From: a virus
Reading direction: 5' to 3' (one strand)
DNA: 64,000 nt
IMG/VR virus record: IMGVR_UViG_3300045988_144754
Positions 39,468-48,968 of this stretch are shown here, piece after piece. Each line of letters begins with the position of its first letter. Position 1 is the first letter of the stretch. The notes beneath the pieces are model-generated. The model saw nothing but the letters and a program-made list of their open reading frames with translations. It was not told where the DNA came from and did not search any database. The translations under genes were made by a program, and so were the position numbers.

Positions 39468-40274
39468 ATGAGTCAGATAACACAAGGCACATTGGCACGC
39501 ATCGACAAATGGTTGGCGCAAGGCATCAGTATCGAGACGATGTTCCCGAACCTGGAGCAGCGCTATCGTATGCAGATATGTGCGGAATATTACAAAAGGT
39601 GGGTGCAGAACAAGGACATCGACCCTCGTACCACCTGTCGCAACATTGCCCGACGTGACTACGAGTTGTTCATCAACCAAGCCGCACAGGGCAACAAGGA
39701 GGCTGTGGCGATGATTCAGGCTCTGGGCATCACGGTGGACGATGAGGGTAATGTGAAAAATCGCACCATCACGGAGCTCAACAACGACGTGGCGGTGTGC
39801 AATCATATCATCCGCTTCTTCACCACCGACGAGAGTCCGCGCCACAAGGCCATGTACCTCAATTCGGCAGAATGGTTGATACGCACGGGCAAACAGCAGA
39901 ACAACGACCGTGCCGTGGATAAGGGTATGCAGGCCTTGGCCAACATATACGGCAACTTCATCGAGGAGAAGGATGCTACGGACGAGATGCCGGACATGAG
40001 TCGCATTGCCATCACGCAGGACGTGAGCATCGTAAAGCGCGACCGCATCAACTACACTGAGGAGGAGAAGCTGCGTCTGGCCCGCAAGTATGGTCTTACG
40101 GCAAAGGATATGCGGGATATAGCCGAAGAGGAATCCCTGCAGGCTGTAGGCAAAGACACTGAGCCGGACTACTTCGAGTACATGGAGCAGAAGGACGAGG
40201 AGGATGTGATTAGACACGGGTACATGAAAGAAAGCGAATTGACGGATTCGGAAAAGACGGATGATGCGGAATGA
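39468..40274 (+). CDS. hypothetical protein with acidic C-terminus
   Basis: 268-aa ORF. It is more protein-like than the longer antisense ORF 39285..40412. Confidence 0.45.
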   Translation: MSQITQGTLARIDKWLAQGISIETMFPNLEQRYRMQICAEYYKRWVQNKDIDPRTTCRNIARRDYELFINQAAQGNKEAVAMIQALGITVDDEGNVKNRTITELNNDVAVCNHIIRFFTTDESPRHKAMYLNSAEWLIRTGKQQNNDRAVDKGMQALANIYGNFIEEKDATDEMPDMSRIAITQDVSIVKRDRINYTEEEKLRLARKYGLTAKDMRDIAEEESLQAVGKDTEPDYFEYMEQKDEEDVIRHGYMKESELTDSEKTDDAE

Positions 40275-40355
40275 GTGAAAATGAAACAGAAGTATCTGTT
40301 TGATGCAAACAATGGGCATCGTTTGATATAAACAATGGGCATCGTTTGAAAAGCG

Positions 40356-40437
40356 AATGTGCCGACACATTAAAACGAAGGTGTTAGCACTTTTTGCCAA
40401 AAGTGTTAGCACATTTTACCAAAAGTGTTAGCACATG
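40356..40437 (+). promoter_or_regulatory. four GTG-N4-CAC inverted-repeat sites at about 23-bp spacing
   Basis: aATGTGccgaCACATt, then three GTGttagCAC units, upstream of the PAPS-reductase-family gene. Confidence 0.5.
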
Positions 40438-40540
40438 GGAAAAACGGAGGTTCGGCTGATTTCGCCAAAAGAGTCGAACCTCGGCAAATATATAGTGCAT
40501 AAATGCGCTATAAAAACACTATAAAAAGACTATAAAAAAT

Positions 40541-41392
40541 ATGTTAAACGAACAACTGCAGAAAAAGGTAAAACAGTCGATAAAACTCCTGCAGAGTGTG
40601 CAGAAGCGATACGACGGCGAGATAGAGATAGCATACTCGGGCGGTAAGGACTCCGACGTGCTCCTTCAACTGGCGAAAGAGGCCGGCATCAAGTATCGGG
40701 CCATATACAAGAATACGACCATCGACCCGCCAGGCACGTTGGGGCACGTCAGGGAGATGGGAGTGGAGATACTGAGGGCCAAGACTTCCTTCTTTCATCT
40801 CGTGGCGCAGAAAGGATTTCCATCTCGCTTTACTCGTTTCTGTTGTGAAAAACTGAAGGAATATAAGGTGCTCGACAAAAGTATTATCGGCGTGCGCAAG
40901 GCTGAGAGCCGGAAACGAAACGAAATATACAACGAGCCGACAGAGTGCCGATACTACGGAGCGAAGAAAGAGGAAAATCACGTAGAACAGATTTATCCTA
41001 TTCTGGAATGGACCGATGAGGACGTGCGCGACTTCATTATAGACAGAAAGTTGAAACTCGCACCCATTTATTACAATTCGGGGGGGCAAATCGACGTGTC
41101 GAAACGTCTCGGCTGCATGTGCTGCCCTCTCGCATCAAGGCGCAAGCGCATTATCGAGTTTCAGAAATATCCCAAGATAGCAAAGGCGTATCTCCGTGCG
41201 GGGCAACGATTTATGGAAACGCATCCTGACAGCAAGGCGTGCCAGAGGTACGACAACGTTTACGAATGGTTCACCCGCGACGTGTTTTACAGCTCCAATG
41301 CAGATTGGAACAAGGTAAGCACAGGGCTGTTCGGTAAGCCGGACTTCAAGAAGTTCTTGGAGGATAAGTTCGGTATTGACTTGACATTATAA
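40541..41392 (+). CDS. PAPS reductase-family protein (phosphoadenosine phosphosulfate reductase / DndC-like PP-loop ATPase)
   Basis: PP-loop SGGKDS, a RFCCEKLKE motif, and ILEWTDEDVRDFI, the PLxxWTxxDVWxYI signature of the CysH family. Confidence 0.7.
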   Translation: MLNEQLQKKVKQSIKLLQSVQKRYDGEIEIAYSGGKDSDVLLQLAKEAGIKYRAIYKNTTIDPPGTLGHVREMGVEILRAKTSFFHLVAQKGFPSRFTRFCCEKLKEYKVLDKSIIGVRKAESRKRNEIYNEPTECRYYGAKKEENHVEQIYPILEWTDEDVRDFIIDRKLKLAPIYYNSGGQIDVSKRLGCMCCPLASRRKRIIEFQKYPKIAKAYLRAGQRFMETHPDSKACQRYDNVYEWFTRDVFYSSNADWNKVSTGLFGKPDFKKFLEDKFGIDLTL

Positions 41393-41413
41393 ACAACACA
41401 AAACAATAACGAT

Positions 41414-41743
41414 ATGGCAAAGATTATTTATTTCGGGACAGAAGGCAACGGGCAGGCAGGACACTACCCTATGGGTATCGACAAATACCTTACCCTCGAA
41501 GAATGCAAAATATGGACTGAATGTGACAACGAGACGTGGATCAATAACATCTACAAGAATCCCGGTCGTCACTTGATAAAACATCACGGTGTTGGATATA
41601 CCAACTATGCCGTGCCGTTCTCCGTAGATGATGAAAGGGGTATGTCGCATACTGAAGTATTTTGGGAAGGAATACACTCCGAGGAGGAAATGATAGAGCT
41701 TATTAAAAGCAACACTTTCTTGAAAAAACAATTCAAAATGTAA
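41414..41743 (+). CDS. hypothetical protein
   Basis: 109-aa ORF. Confidence 0.4.
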   Translation: MAKIIYFGTEGNGQAGHYPMGIDKYLTLEECKIWTECDNETWINNIYKNPGRHLIKHHGVGYTNYAVPFSVDDERGMSHTEVFWEGIHSEEEMIELIKSNTFLKKQFKM

Positions 41744-41749
41744 GCGACA

Positions 41750-42031
41750 ATGATAACAATAAAAATCAAGACATGGAAGGACTGGAAGAAGGACTTCATC
41801 GATTGGGTAAAGGAGCCAGGGCGCAAGACGTGCAAGGAGTATGTGGACTATATGGAGGCTTTACAAAAACAGACTCTCTACCAAATAATAGAGGACACTT
41901 GTGATAAATACAACAATATGCGTGAGGATCAAATCAAAGACATCACAGAAGCAGTAGAAAAATGCGTGGCTGCTTGTGCTGAAGAAACACGCAAGTTAAT
42001 CGATGAATGTCAGCCCGCAAAATTCTTCTAA
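41750..42031 (+). CDS. hypothetical protein
   Basis: 93-aa ORF. Confidence 0.35.
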   Translation: MITIKIKTWKDWKKDFIDWVKEPGRKTCKEYVDYMEALQKQTLYQIIEDTCDKYNNMREDQIKDITEAVEKCVAACAEETRKLIDECQPAKFF

Positions 42032-42072
42032 GACTGGAACTTTCATTATAAGCAACAAAAACTCTACACAAC

Positions 42073-42681
42073 ATGAATAACAACATAAAAAGAAAGGACT
42101 GGGTAGGCGGCTCGGCTGCTGTATTCAAGACGTTGGGCGCAAGCAACCATACGAATGCGGATAGACAGCGGGAGGATTACTATGCCACTGAGCCAAAGGC
42201 GACGGAATGGCTGTGTAAGCTGGAGAGGTTTGAGGGCAGGATTCTTGAGCCTTCGTGTGGCGAGGGTCACATGAGTAGAGTATTGGAGGCAGCAGGGTAT
42301 GAGGTGGTGAGCCGCGATCTTGTGGATAGAGGGTACGGTGAGGTTGCCGACTTTCTCTCTATTGACAATATGGAATGGGACGGCAACATCGTTACCAATC
42401 CTCCATACAAATATGCGCAGCAGTTTGTGGAGAAGGCTCTGAGCATCATCCCCGAAGGAAAGAAGGTGGCGATGTTCCTGAAGCTGACTTTCCTCGAAGG
42501 CAAGGGTCGACGCGCTCTCTTCCGTTCTACCCCACCCATTCGTGTTTGGGTAAGCTCGTCAAGACTGAAATGCGCTATGAATGGCGACTTCGACAAATAC
42601 GGCAGCAGCGCTGCGGCTTACGCCTGGTTCGTGTGGGAGAAAGGATATAAAGGCGAGACAACTGTGAAATGGTTTAACTGA
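42073..42681 (+). CDS. small SAM-dependent methyltransferase with NPPY motif (putative N6-adenine DNA MTase)
   Basis: LEPSCGEGHM (motif I-like) followed by NPPYKYAQQF (motif IV). Confidence 0.55.
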   Translation: MNNNIKRKDWVGGSAAVFKTLGASNHTNADRQREDYYATEPKATEWLCKLERFEGRILEPSCGEGHMSRVLEAAGYEVVSRDLVDRGYGEVADFLSIDNMEWDGNIVTNPPYKYAQQFVEKALSIIPEGKKVAMFLKLTFLEGKGRRALFRSTPPIRVWVSSSRLKCAMNGDFDKYGSSAAAYAWFVWEKGYKGETTVKWFN

Positions 42682-42700
42682 TAGAAAAAAACAATAGAGC

Positions 42701-43450
42701 ATGATAGAACTGAATAAGATATATAATGAAGACTGCCTGGAAGGGATGAAAAGGATTCCGGACGGGAGTGTGGATTGCATCGTGTGCGATTTGCCATATG
42801 GCACTACCGCTTGTGCTTGGGATAGCGTTCTTCCGTTTGATAAGTTGTGGGAGCAATACAGAAGAATTACAAAACGAAACGCTCCTATTGTTCTGTTCGG
42901 AAATGAACCTTTTAGCACATTTCTAAGAGTCTCAAATATTAAGTATTGGAAATATGACTGGATTTGGGACAAGAAAATGAAAGGGGGTTTCTTGAACGCA
43001 AAGAAAAGACCCCTCAAGCAGTATGAAAATATATCTGTTTTCAGTTATGGTGATTGCATCTACAATCCTCAAATGACTAAAGGTGTATTTAGAAACAAAA
43101 AGTCGTATAATAATAGAGAGGGAAATGGGGATGGCGTGTATCGTAAGTTTGGAAACATTGATGTAAAAAATGACATTTACTATCCTTCAAACATTTTGGA
43201 GTATAGCAATGCCGCACAGAAAGGCAAGATCCATCCCACACAAAAGCCCGTAGATCTCATTCAGTACCTCATCCGTACCTACTCCAATGAGGGCGACACC
43301 ATATTAGACAACTGCATGGGTAGCGGCACAACTGCCATTGCAGCCATCCGCGAGAAGCGTAACTTCATCGGCTTCGAGCTCAATAAGGAGTATTACGACA
43401 AGGCTTGCAAGCGCATTAAATTGGAGATGGCGCAGCCGACCCTCTTCTAA
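42701..43450 (+). CDS. DNA methyltransferase, N6-adenine/N4-cytosine (PF01555-like)
   Basis: The first 34 aa and last 60 aa are nearly identical to the 14877..15647 protein. Motifs CDLPYG and MGSGTT. Confidence 0.8.
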   Translation: MIELNKIYNEDCLEGMKRIPDGSVDCIVCDLPYGTTACAWDSVLPFDKLWEQYRRITKRNAPIVLFGNEPFSTFLRVSNIKYWKYDWIWDKKMKGGFLNAKKRPLKQYENISVFSYGDCIYNPQMTKGVFRNKKSYNNREGNGDGVYRKFGNIDVKNDIYYPSNILEYSNAAQKGKIHPTQKPVDLIQYLIRTYSNEGDTILDNCMGSGTTAIAAIREKRNFIGFELNKEYYDKACKRIKLEMAQPTLF

Positions 43451-43484
43451 CAACATAACTAACAATTAACACAAAAATCAACAC

Positions 43485-43715
43485 ATGAGTAACAACCGAC
43501 ACAAATACTTTAACAAGGTACCGCCGTTCAAGCCGGACCCCGAGCACTACACTCGCAAGCAGCGCTCATGGAAGGCGAAGGAATCCTACGAGACGGAGGA
43601 TGATGCTTGGGAATATCTCAATCAGAATCCGAAGCTACTGGCGCAGGGCATGACGGTGTACCGATGCAGGACGTGCAACAAATGGCATGTGGGGCATAAG
43701 ACGCACAGCGAATAA
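43485..43715 (+). CDS. small zinc-ribbon-like protein
   Basis: 76 aa with CRTCNKWHVGH. Confidence 0.35.
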   Translation: MSNNRHKYFNKVPPFKPDPEHYTRKQRSWKAKESYETEDDAWEYLNQNPKLLAQGMTVYRCRTCNKWHVGHKTHSE

Positions 43716-43745
43716 GAAACACAACACAAAATCAGGATAACAACA

Positions 43746-45740
43746 ATGCAGCAAGCACATAACATTTACTTAACCAAATTCCAGCAGCAGTCGCTATACA
43801 TGGGAGCCAAGGACGAGCGAGTGATTGCTGCCCGTCGTGTGGGTAAGACCGACGGACTGGTGGCTCCCTATGTCTGGACGGCATCAAACTCCATGCCTGG
43901 TATGCTGGGTGCATGGGTGGCGGTGAGCCGTCAGCAAGGCTTCGGCAAGACCATACCAAGCACCATGGCCGCCATGGAACGTATGTTCGGCTTTACGCAG
44001 GGCATACACTTCGGTTGGGGTCGCCCACCGAAACATGCTCGCGAGAGTATCTTCAAACCTAAGAACTACGACAACTACATCTGGTTTGCCAATGGTTCCG
44101 GTTGGGTGCTTATCTCGCTCTCGCAGACCGCCTCTGCAAACTCTTACACGTTCTCGGCCATGGTAGGCGACGAGGCGAGGTTCTTTCCCTATAAGAAAGT
44201 AACGGACGAGTTGATGCCGGCGCTTTCAGGACAGACGCATCCCTTGGGCGACATCAACTTCTCCGACCACAACCCGATGTATAAAAGTACACGCTTCCTA
44301 TCCGATGCCTCGCTCACAGCCAAAGGGTCGTGGCTGGAGAAAGAGGAGGAAAAGTTGGACTTGACGGTGGAGACGGGAACATACAAGGGCCATACCTACC
44401 GATGGGTGCAGGAGCAGTTGGAAGATTACGCCAACAAGGTGATACGCTACAACGACCTGCTGTATAACGCCAAGAAGACCAGTCACTCGGTTCATGTGGT
44501 GCCGAAGGAGTTGCGCAAGATGATCCGTGCCGTGGCTCTGAAGATGATGAAGCATGAGGGACAGTTCCGCATTATGCCCAACCATGGCCAACACGTCACA
44601 AAAGGCATGGTGGAGATGGCCGTGAACTATAAACTCATTTCGCAGGACGATGCCGAACTGATTTACGATTACGAATACCTTATCACGCCGGAAGAGGATT
44701 TCGAGATGCAGATGTTCCAGCGCTCGAAGAAATTCTCCGAAAACTATCTGCGTGAGCTGCGCCGTGTGGCTTTCTGTGTGCGCCGTGCGTCATCGCTCGA
44801 CAATGTGGACATTCTGGGTGAAGACTATATCCGTCAGATGAAGCGAGATCTTCCACCCTACACTTTCGCCGTTTCAATTCTAAATGTAAAGATTCAAAAA
44901 AGTAATGACGGCTTTTACTCCAACCTCGACATCGATCATGTCCACGGATATATCCCCGACGAGATAGACCCTTTATCGTCTGCAAAATTCACTACGCAAA
45001 AGGTATCGGGCATCATCGGTGGTAAGAAAGTCACGAGCGAGAGTTATCAACCCGACTTCAAGGAGTTGGGCGAGCGAAACGACTCGCGCCAGGATTCCGA
45101 CTGCATCAACTCCCTTCCTCTGTATATAGCCCTCGACTATAATGCCAATATCAATACGTTGGTGGTCGGGCAGATGTATGAGCGTGACGGCATGGAATGT
45201 CTGAACGTCATCAAGAGTTTCTATGTGAAGAACGAGCGCAAGCTGCGTGATGTGATAGCCGATTTCTCCGACTATTACGCACCGAAGCGAGCCATCAACC
45301 GTGACGTGACGTATTTCTATGATGCCACGGCAAAGCAGGGAGCGTCGTATGCTTCGTCGGACGAGCGATTCTACATGACCGTGATTGAAGAGTTGGAGAA
45401 GCACGGTTGGAACGTGACGGCCATAGATATGGGTGCTCCCGAAAAGCACGAGGTGAAGCACAAAATCATCAACGACGGCTTGGCTCACCTCTCCTACCCT
45501 GCCATCCGCATCAACCAACCGAACAACCCCGATCTAATCATTGCCATGCAGCTCTGTGAGGTGCAGATTTCGTACAAGGGATTTCACAAAGACAAAAGCC
45601 AAGAGAAGAAGCCCGAGAGCGAGGACACGCTGCCCTTGCAGCAACGTACCGACTTCACGGATGCCTTCGATACGCTGTACTTAGGTTGCAAGTTCTTCCG
45701 AGTCGGTGGCGGTTGGTTTGTGCTGCCGAGTGGCAGATAG
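43746..45740 (+). CDS. terminase large subunit candidate
   Basis: 664 aa with an N-terminal Walker A-like AARRVGKTDG. It is the last gene of the plus-strand block and is followed by a bidirectional terminator. Confidence 0.5.
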   Translation: MQQAHNIYLTKFQQQSLYMGAKDERVIAARRVGKTDGLVAPYVWTASNSMPGMLGAWVAVSRQQGFGKTIPSTMAAMERMFGFTQGIHFGWGRPPKHARESIFKPKNYDNYIWFANGSGWVLISLSQTASANSYTFSAMVGDEARFFPYKKVTDELMPALSGQTHPLGDINFSDHNPMYKSTRFLSDASLTAKGSWLEKEEEKLDLTVETGTYKGHTYRWVQEQLEDYANKVIRYNDLLYNAKKTSHSVHVVPKELRKMIRAVALKMMKHEGQFRIMPNHGQHVTKGMVEMAVNYKLISQDDAELIYDYEYLITPEEDFEMQMFQRSKKFSENYLRELRRVAFCVRRASSLDNVDILGEDYIRQMKRDLPPYTFAVSILNVKIQKSNDGFYSNLDIDHVHGYIPDEIDPLSSAKFTTQKVSGIIGGKKVTSESYQPDFKELGERNDSRQDSDCINSLPLYIALDYNANINTLVVGQMYERDGMECLNVIKSFYVKNERKLRDVIADFSDYYAPKRAINRDVTYFYDATAKQGASYASSDERFYMTVIEELEKHGWNVTAIDMGAPEKHEVKHKIINDGLAHLSYPAIRINQPNNPDLIIAMQLCEVQISYKGFHKDKSQEKKPESEDTLPLQQRTDFTDAFDTLYLGCKFFRVGGGWFVLPSGR

Positions 45741-45764
45741 GGGGGTGAGTTTTGAATAAAAGGC

Positions 45765-45802
45765 GAAGGGCAGGCGTTATCACAACGGCTGCCCTTCTTT
45801 TT
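45765..45802. terminator. bidirectional rho-independent terminator
   Basis: Stem gaagggcag / ctgcccttc (9 bp) followed by TTTTT, with an A-run on the other side. Sits between convergent genes. Confidence 0.6.
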
Positions 45803-45844
45803 GAATAAACAATTCAGGATATTTTGATGTAATATAATTAGATA

Positions 45845-46489
45845 TTACTTATTTCTTTGTTTACCATGACGATATTTGTGCGTCTTAAAAAGAGGACGAG
45901 TAAGTCTTGCGGAGACTGAGTAAGAAGACGGAGTATTGAATACCTCTGCTTTAAATCTTACCGTATAGCCCACCTTCTTTATATAGCCGTTGATGTGCTT
46001 CACATCCTCCATCGTGAGGGTCGCCATTATGTATGTCTCCCGTAGACACAAAAGCGCATACCTGCCGATAAGATTAAAGAAACCCATCGAATAGTCGCTA
46101 TATGGCATCGGCAAAGTATCGTCTGCCACATAGAAGGTCTCAACGTTGTTCGACTCGTGTATCAAAAAAGCATAACACATGACCATCTTTCCTTTCTCAC
46201 AGGGACTTTTCAAAATGGCAATAATATACGTCCCAGGATGTTCGGAATCTAAAAACTTGTAATATATGCCGTTAGCAGCATCATAACGGTCGCGGTCTCC
46301 AGGGGCAGCACTCCCCATACTAAACTCTATATTCTTGTTCCTCTCAGCACCACTGCCATTTGCGGACAACTGGCTTATGCGCTGTTCCAGCTCTTTAATG
46401 CTCTTAGCGTGCTCGTCGAGCGTGTCTATCACAGACCCCATATTGTCCATCAATGCCTGCAATAGTTTTTCTTTTAATTGTTTACACAT
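45845..46489 (-). CDS. hypothetical protein
   Basis: 214-aa ORF. Confidence 0.4.
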   Translation of the reverse strand: MCKQLKEKLLQALMDNMGSVIDTLDEHAKSIKELEQRISQLSANGSGAERNKNIEFSMGSAAPGDRDRYDAANGIYYKFLDSEHPGTYIIAILKSPCEKGKMVMCYAFLIHESNNVETFYVADDTLPMPYSDYSMGFFNLIGRYALLCLRETYIMATLTMEDVKHINGYIKKVGYTVRFKAEVFNTPSSYSVSARLTRPLFKTHKYRHGKQRNK

Positions 46490-46565
46490 ATCTTTTTATG
46501 TTTTAAAATTTACTCTTTTTCTTCCTTCAGCATTACAAATTGCTTTGTGGATTGGGATGTTATCA

Positions 46566-47192
46566 TTACAAGAACACTGGCAGTCTGCGCCACACGCCAC
46601 CATTCGGCTGAAACTCCTCCTGCCATTCCCGATATTCCACTTCAAACTTTGCACCATAAAAAGCCAAACCTTTGAGATGAAGGCTCTCGATGAATTTCTC
46701 CTGCTCCTCACGAGTCATAAAGTCATTAGGCATGAGGATGATGCGGTTGCTACGGACATGGATGAAGAACTCTGGCGCAAAATCTCGCTTCGTCAGCATC
46801 TTTTTAATCGCCGCATAGTCGCACTTGTTTTTAGGCGAAAAGTTTATGCCATCCACATAGGTAAAGAGTTGATTGTAGTGGACCATTACTTCCTCGTTGA
46901 GAAACATCCATCTACCAGAAGTGTAGATATATAGCTGCTTGATGTTAGGATAATCATGGCGCAGGTGTGAGCATATATCTATGATACCTGTCACATAGAA
47001 TGGGTCTCCACCAGTGAGCATAACGGTATGTGCAGCCTTCAGCTCCTCTACGGTAGCCACTGGCACCGTATCGAGGTCGTACTGCTTGTTGCAGCAAAAC
47101 GGACAAGAGTTACCACACCATCTGTTAATCATCAAATGAATGGCTCCCTTATCGGCTCCCGGCTCGTCAGTATATTTACGTTTTGTTTCCAT
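46566..47192 (-). CDS. radical SAM 4Fe-4S protein (NrdG/QueE/PflA-activase-like)
   Basis: CGNSCPFC is a CxxxCxxC cluster, followed by TGGDPF. Confidence 0.6.
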   Translation of the reverse strand: METKRKYTDEPGADKGAIHLMINRWCGNSCPFCCNKQYDLDTVPVATVEELKAAHTVMLTGGDPFYVTGIIDICSHLRHDYPNIKQLYIYTSGRWMFLNEEVMVHYNQLFTYVDGINFSPKNKCDYAAIKKMLTKRDFAPEFFIHVRSNRIILMPNDFMTREEQEKFIESLHLKGLAFYGAKFEVEYREWQEEFQPNGGVWRRLPVFL

Positions 47193-47218
47193 ATTATATA
47201 AATTGTTTAATTCAATCT

Positions 47219-47878
47219 TTAATCTTCCAATCTATTCCGCATCATCGACAGCCAGCTCACCACCGATTGATAGTCAGTAGAGCGAAAACGATAACGCTTG
47301 TAGTTGGCTGTTATCTCGCCGACCCAGCGGATGCGCTGCGACTTCACGAAGCCGATACCTCGGACAACATGACCTGCAGAGCCCCTGCCTTTCTGCTCGC
47401 GTCCTTTTGCGTCGCGCTGTATCTCCTGATAGATAGTGCCGGTACGACGGGCACCGCGTGAATGAGAGGAAATAATCGGCTCGTTCTGAGGGGCAAAATC
47501 TTTCATCATAGTTAGCATTTTATAAGCCTTTTCCCCTACTTGTCTGCGATATTCAGGCGATTTTTTTAATTTGTATTTATAAGCCAATCTCGCCAAAGCG
47601 AGTTCGCCTATACCCAAATATAACATTAACTTAGAATTTGGCATGGTGGCGTAATTGTCGCACAGCCATTTCACTTGACTGCCCGTAATTCTGTCGCCTC
47701 GCGCCCTCATCATTGCCATTGTAGCACGATCTTTTTCCCATCCATGCGAAACAGCAAGATGATGTAATCCGGCACGGCTAATATCATACTGTGAACAGAG
47801 CATGACATTCGCAGTAGTCGGATAAACCAAAGAGAGAGAATGAATCTCGTCTTCGGAAAGAGAGCTATAGTGTCGCAT
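47219..47878 (-). CDS. hypothetical protein
   Basis: 219-aa ORF. Confidence 0.4.
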   Translation of the reverse strand: MRHYSSLSEDEIHSLSLVYPTTANVMLCSQYDISRAGLHHLAVSHGWEKDRATMAMMRARGDRITGSQVKWLCDNYATMPNSKLMLYLGIGELALARLAYKYKLKKSPEYRRQVGEKAYKMLTMMKDFAPQNEPIISSHSRGARRTGTIYQEIQRDAKGREQKGRGSAGHVVRGIGFVKSQRIRWVGEITANYKRYRFRSTDYQSVVSWLSMMRNRLED

Positions 47879-47888
47879 ATCTTTTCTT

Positions 47889-48935
47889 TTATTTATTGTT
47901 TTCTTCCTTTACCGCACTGGTCGCAGGCTTCTCATAAATATCGAATTTGCGTTTGGTTGGACACCAACAGATTCCGGCGGCGTGCAGCGCATTGTCTATT
48001 GTGATTTCAGTCGCAAGATCGGCTGGAATGATAGACAGAGGGACACCATCTTGGCAGAGGTGGTCGAGATAGATACATGGACCAAAGTATATGCCGTCAT
48101 TAAAACCAATAAAGGTCATGCTGTACTCAAAACCTCCAATATCTTTGTTTTTCTTCACCATGGAATACAGGTGGACGGTTCTGTTCTCTACATCGTAGCA
48201 GTTGAAAATGGCTGCATAAGAAGCCAGTCCGCAGCCAGGCTTTGCGTAGGTAAGCTCTACGTACTGACCAGTCTCGAATGGCGGAAGGAGTTCAAAACCT
48301 TTACGACTGGAGAAAAGACGACCCGTGAATTTTTCGATTTTACGGTAAAACTCTCGGGTGTCTTCTTCGTTGAGTCTGCAGTAACTATTGACGGAAATCT
48401 TACACTTTTCGCCATCCGAGGTCTTGGGGCATTCCTTTATACTCTGGATGTCTGAATAACTGTCCTCAAAAACTTCCACCAGCGGGATAAAAGTGTTATA
48501 ATCATCATTGTTTACCTTATCGACAATAAAGAATGGGCCGTCGTATTCGTAAGGACGTCTCACTACCGTGCCCTTGCGCCACGTCAGCACGTCCCATTTC
48601 GCTTTACTTGGATTAGGATGTATCACACAGTCGGAACCTAAAAGGTCTGAGATTTCGATGTTTCCTACTTTGAGTTTCAAACAGCCCTCCTTATTGAACG
48701 TAAGGTAGGCGGTCTTGGGGTCGGCTTCTTTATCGGCGATGGCACAGAAAATCTCGTCATCCGTCACGTCTATCAACGTCATCCAACCGCACAGGTCGCA
48801 CCACACTTGCATTCCTGCCCTGCCGTATTGAAACAGAACCTCCTTCACGTTTTCTAAATTTCTCTGGCTCATAATATATACATTTAACAAATTGATTAAA
48901 CATTCTGTTCTCTTTACTGGTCGCTGTCCGAACAT
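47889..48935 (-). CDS. hypothetical protein
   Basis: 348-aa ORF. Confidence 0.4.
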   Translation of the reverse strand: MFGQRPVKRTECLINLLNVYIMSQRNLENVKEVLFQYGRAGMQVWCDLCGWMTLIDVTDDEIFCAIADKEADPKTAYLTFNKEGCLKLKVGNIEISDLLGSDCVIHPNPSKAKWDVLTWRKGTVVRRPYEYDGPFFIVDKVNNDDYNTFIPLVEVFEDSYSDIQSIKECPKTSDGEKCKISVNSYCRLNEEDTREFYRKIEKFTGRLFSSRKGFELLPPFETGQYVELTYAKPGCGLASYAAIFNCYDVENRTVHLYSMVKKNKDIGGFEYSMTFIGFNDGIYFGPCIYLDHLCQDGVPLSIIPADLATEITIDNALHAAGICWCPTKRKFDIYEKPATSAVKEENNK

Positions 48936-48968
48936 GAAAAACAGTCCACGAGTTTTAGTTCTATTTCA

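Noticed and set aside
39285-40412. 375-aa minus-strand ORF overlapping the plus-strand gene 39468..40274
   Set aside because: Leu/Val/His-rich with no start context. The plus-strand ORF has a TAnnTTTG promoter and protein-like composition.
42559-43017. 152-aa minus-strand ORF inside the methyltransferase gene 42701..43450
   Set aside because: Antisense to a motif-bearing methyltransferase gene. Its conserved peptide simply mirrors the paralogous nucleotide repeat.
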